Of a stretch of 64,000 nt of DNA, positions 51,536-64,000 are shown one piece after another. Below the pieces are notes generated by a model. It searched no databases. It was not told the origin of the DNA and was given only the letters and a program-made list of their open reading frames with translations. The stretch lies in contig CM000429.1 in assembly GCA_000165345.1 (NCBI GenBank), forward strand, positions 608,001 to 672,000. Reading direction: 5' to 3'. Made by a program: the position numbers and the translations under genes. Within the stretch, counting starts at the first letter, position 1; every line of letters starts with the position of its first letter.

Positions 51536-52642
51536 CTATAAATTATCGGAACTATGTTCTCTGTATACTTGTTCTGCCAATTGAGATAGAGTTACACATT
51601 TAAATTTAGTGGATAATTCTGGAAGCATTAGCTTTAAAACTTCAATGTTAGCTGATCTGAAACTATTGGAAGGTATATGTAAGCAAACAATTGAACCAGG
51701 AGAAGCATTACTGGTACAAAACTGGGCAAGAAATTGGGGAAATCCCTGAAATGAAACATCATTTGGGTATACATCACACATTACAACGTTATATCCCCTA
51801 GATACTACCAGTTCGTATTGCTGTTTTGTAAGTCTCCCAAATGGTGGCCTAAACCACTTATATGTTCTCAATTGTTCATTTCGAGTTCCATCATTATAAA
51901 AAACTTCTGGAAGATCACTTAAAGTTTGTTGGGTTTTTAAAATTGTTGAAGCAGAAGTTGATGTAATCATAGAGGATGAGGATGAGGATGAGGATGAGGA
52001 TGAGGAAGAAGAAGAGGATGGTGATAATGTCATTTCTGAAGTTGAAGTTTGGCTTCCTGAAGAGCTTTTTTTACCATTCATGTACATTGGAGGAATAATA
52101 TATGAATTACTGGAAATATGTTCTGGACAATATTTACTAATTAAATGCTCACACTCTAACAAATGTTTGGTAAATACTGAAATTGGGAGCTTATGAGCAG
52201 GAATGTCCTTTGCTAAGTGGTTTCCTAATTCATGTCCTTCAGATATACATCTTTTTAAAAAATGGTCAGCATTTTTGATATATTTTGCATTCCTTTCTGT
52301 TACAAAAAAAGTGCATTTAATATTATAATCTGCAAGTAAAGTAAGAATATTCTCATTAGTTTCTGGATCCAAACCGGGAACATCATCTATTGTGAGAGCT
52401 ACAATCGGCTGTTCAGTTTCAAACCACCAAATAGCATCCATTAAGTAAGTACCAAAACTATTCATCATGGATCTTGAGATAAAAGACGACCTACCAAATC
52501 GTAAAAAAGTTCGAATTGCCCATCTAGTACCAGATTTATTCAAGGCCTCCCAAGCTGTTTTGCTGAACATATTTCCCGTCTTGCTCTTACTGGATGAAAT
52601 CGTGTTCATTATATATAATTGTGAATTTCTTCTATTTATCAC
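51536..52642 (-). CDS. NodB-homology polysaccharide/chitin deacetylase family protein with an internal 16-Ser run.
   Basis: TIDDVPGLDPETNENILTLLADYNIKCTFFVTERNAKYIKNADHFLKRCISEGHELGNHLAKD matches NodB motifs 1-3 (TFDDGP...ATFFv.G...GHEiGNHt). The (GAGGAT)n repeat on the plus strand (51972..52022) encodes a poly-Ser run on the coding strand. Confidence 0.6.
   Translation of the reverse strand: MINRRNSQLYIMNTISSSKSKTGNMFSKTAWEALNKSGTRWAIRTFLRFGRSSFISRSMMNSFGTYLMDAIWWFETEQPIVALTIDDVPGLDPETNENILTLLADYNIKCTFFVTERNAKYIKNADHFLKRCISEGHELGNHLAKDIPAHKLPISVFTKHLLECEHLISKYCPEHISSNSYIIPPMYMNGKKSSSGSQTSTSEMTLSPSSSSSSSSSSSSSSSSMITSTSASTILKTQQTLSDLPEVFYNDGTRNEQLRTYKWFRPPFGRLTKQQYELVVSRGYNVVMCDVYPNDVSFQGFPQFLAQFCTSNASPGSIVCLHIPSNSFRSANIEVLKLMLPELSTKFKCVTLSQLAEQVYREHSSDNL
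51972..52022. repeat. (GAGGAT)n / (GAGGAA)n hexanucleotide repeat; on the minus strand it encodes the poly-Ser run of the deacetylase.
   Basis: gaggatgaggatgaggatgaggatgaggatgaggaagaagaagaggatgg is seen directly. Confidence 0.9.
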
Positions 52643-52705
52643 TTCTTGAGGACCTAAAAAAATATTAATAAAATAAGGAATACATAAATAGATTAAAAGG
52701 GGAAT

Positions 52706-52954
52706 TCAATTACTCTTCAACCAGAAGTTCCAGAATAACCCCAATTTTTTTTCTCTTGAAAACTTACCCAATTCATCATCTCCTAACCCACTAACCAAAC
52801 TATTGATTGCAGCATTTTCAAAGGCATCCTTCCCAACTATATCAGAATCGTCTGATAAATCAGATTGATAGGCATTTCCATCGGTCATCAAAAACCTTAA
52901 GATGCTTAACTTCTTCTTCTTTCTCCGTTTCCCCATTTTATTTTTATTATTCAA
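52706..52954 (-). CDS. Small hypothetical protein (82 aa) with a basic N-terminus and an acidic SD-rich core. The C-terminal end of the model is uncertain.
   Basis: The ORF is MNNKNKMGKRRKKKKLSILRFLMTDGNAYQSDLSDDSDIVGKD.... A GTAAGT occurs near the 3' end, but the only nearby acceptor would give an impossibly short 13-nt intron. No family was recognised. Confidence 0.25.
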   Translation of the reverse strand: MNNKNKMGKRRKKKKLSILRFLMTDGNAYQSDLSDDSDIVGKDAFENAAINSLVSGLGDDELGKFSREKKLGLFWNFWLKSN

Positions 52955-53182
52955 ATTTAATTAATGTTTTTTCAAAATACTCGTCACCAAGATTAACCGC
53001 CAAAAGTTGGCGCTCAGTTTTTTGCTGACATTAAGAGATACAAATAAATTCGAATAAAAAAAGATTTATAAGAACTCCGAGAAAGAAAAGAAAGGAGTAT
53101 TTTGAATTATTTTTCATTAGATGAGTGCAAAATACTGACCTGTGACTTTGAGTTTTGGAATTTGGAGTGAAACTCTTAAGAG

Positions 53183-64000
<10,818 letters not shown>

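Noticed and set aside
52740-52770. GTAAGT donor near the 3' end of the small 82-aa gene
   Set aside because: The only nearby acceptor would make a 13-nt intron, which is impossible. The feature was kept as an unspliced low-confidence ORF.

Overview
AT-rich (about 70% AT), gene-dense eukaryotic nuclear DNA. Long ORFs read through without TAA/TAG interruptions, so the genetic code is standard. Short spliceosomal introns (about 45-170 nt) have a near-invariant GTAAGT donor and YAG acceptor. Many 5' intergenic regions contain GGCGCC (E2F-like) palindromes and TGCATGCA boxes, and coding sequences carry poly-Ser and (QD)n/(QN)n low-complexity repeats. Together this looks like an apicomplexan of the Cryptosporidium type. 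I recall a conserved Cryptosporidium chromosome-1 block with aldolase, a WD40 gene and triosephosphate isomerase adjacent, which fits, but I cannot verify that here. The window holds about 32 protein-coding genes and no rRNA or tRNA. Recognisable genes: RNA Pol I subunit 2 (5' part), EMC7, UFM1, MED7, TRM13, syntaxin 5, DDB1-like, a large low-complexity protein kinase, COQ5, an ER MRH-lectin, UTP21, SmB, GOSR1, Top6B-like GHKL ATPase, XAP5, SRPK, a J-domain membrane protein, 14-3-3, Cgi121/TPRKB, RPL27e, KDEL receptor, class I aldolase, a WDR24-like GATOR2 WD40-RING protein, TPI, a CDF zinc transporter, a NodB polysaccharide deacetylase, and UTP20/DRIM running off the 3' end. The six-frame ORF track fragments or misses at least nine intron-containing genes. 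I rebuilt these by hand from GTAAGT...YAG signals and protein-family conservation: EMC7 (3 exons), UFM1 (3), TRM13 (2), COQ5 (2), Top6B-like (7), XAP5 (4), Cgi121 (5), a coiled-coil protein (6), and a previously untracked 2-exon mini-gene encoding a TOM7-like peptide. There is no prokaryotic-style defence or mobile system. The most interesting items are the TOM7-like mini-gene, an unusual MRH-lectin/YccV-domain fusion with an RDEL tail, a 2.3 kb ORF-free region with a GC-rich island, a palindromic GGTACCGGTACC cluster, and pervasive E2F-like promoter palindromes. All protein identifications are by eye and from memory of family motifs, without database searches.
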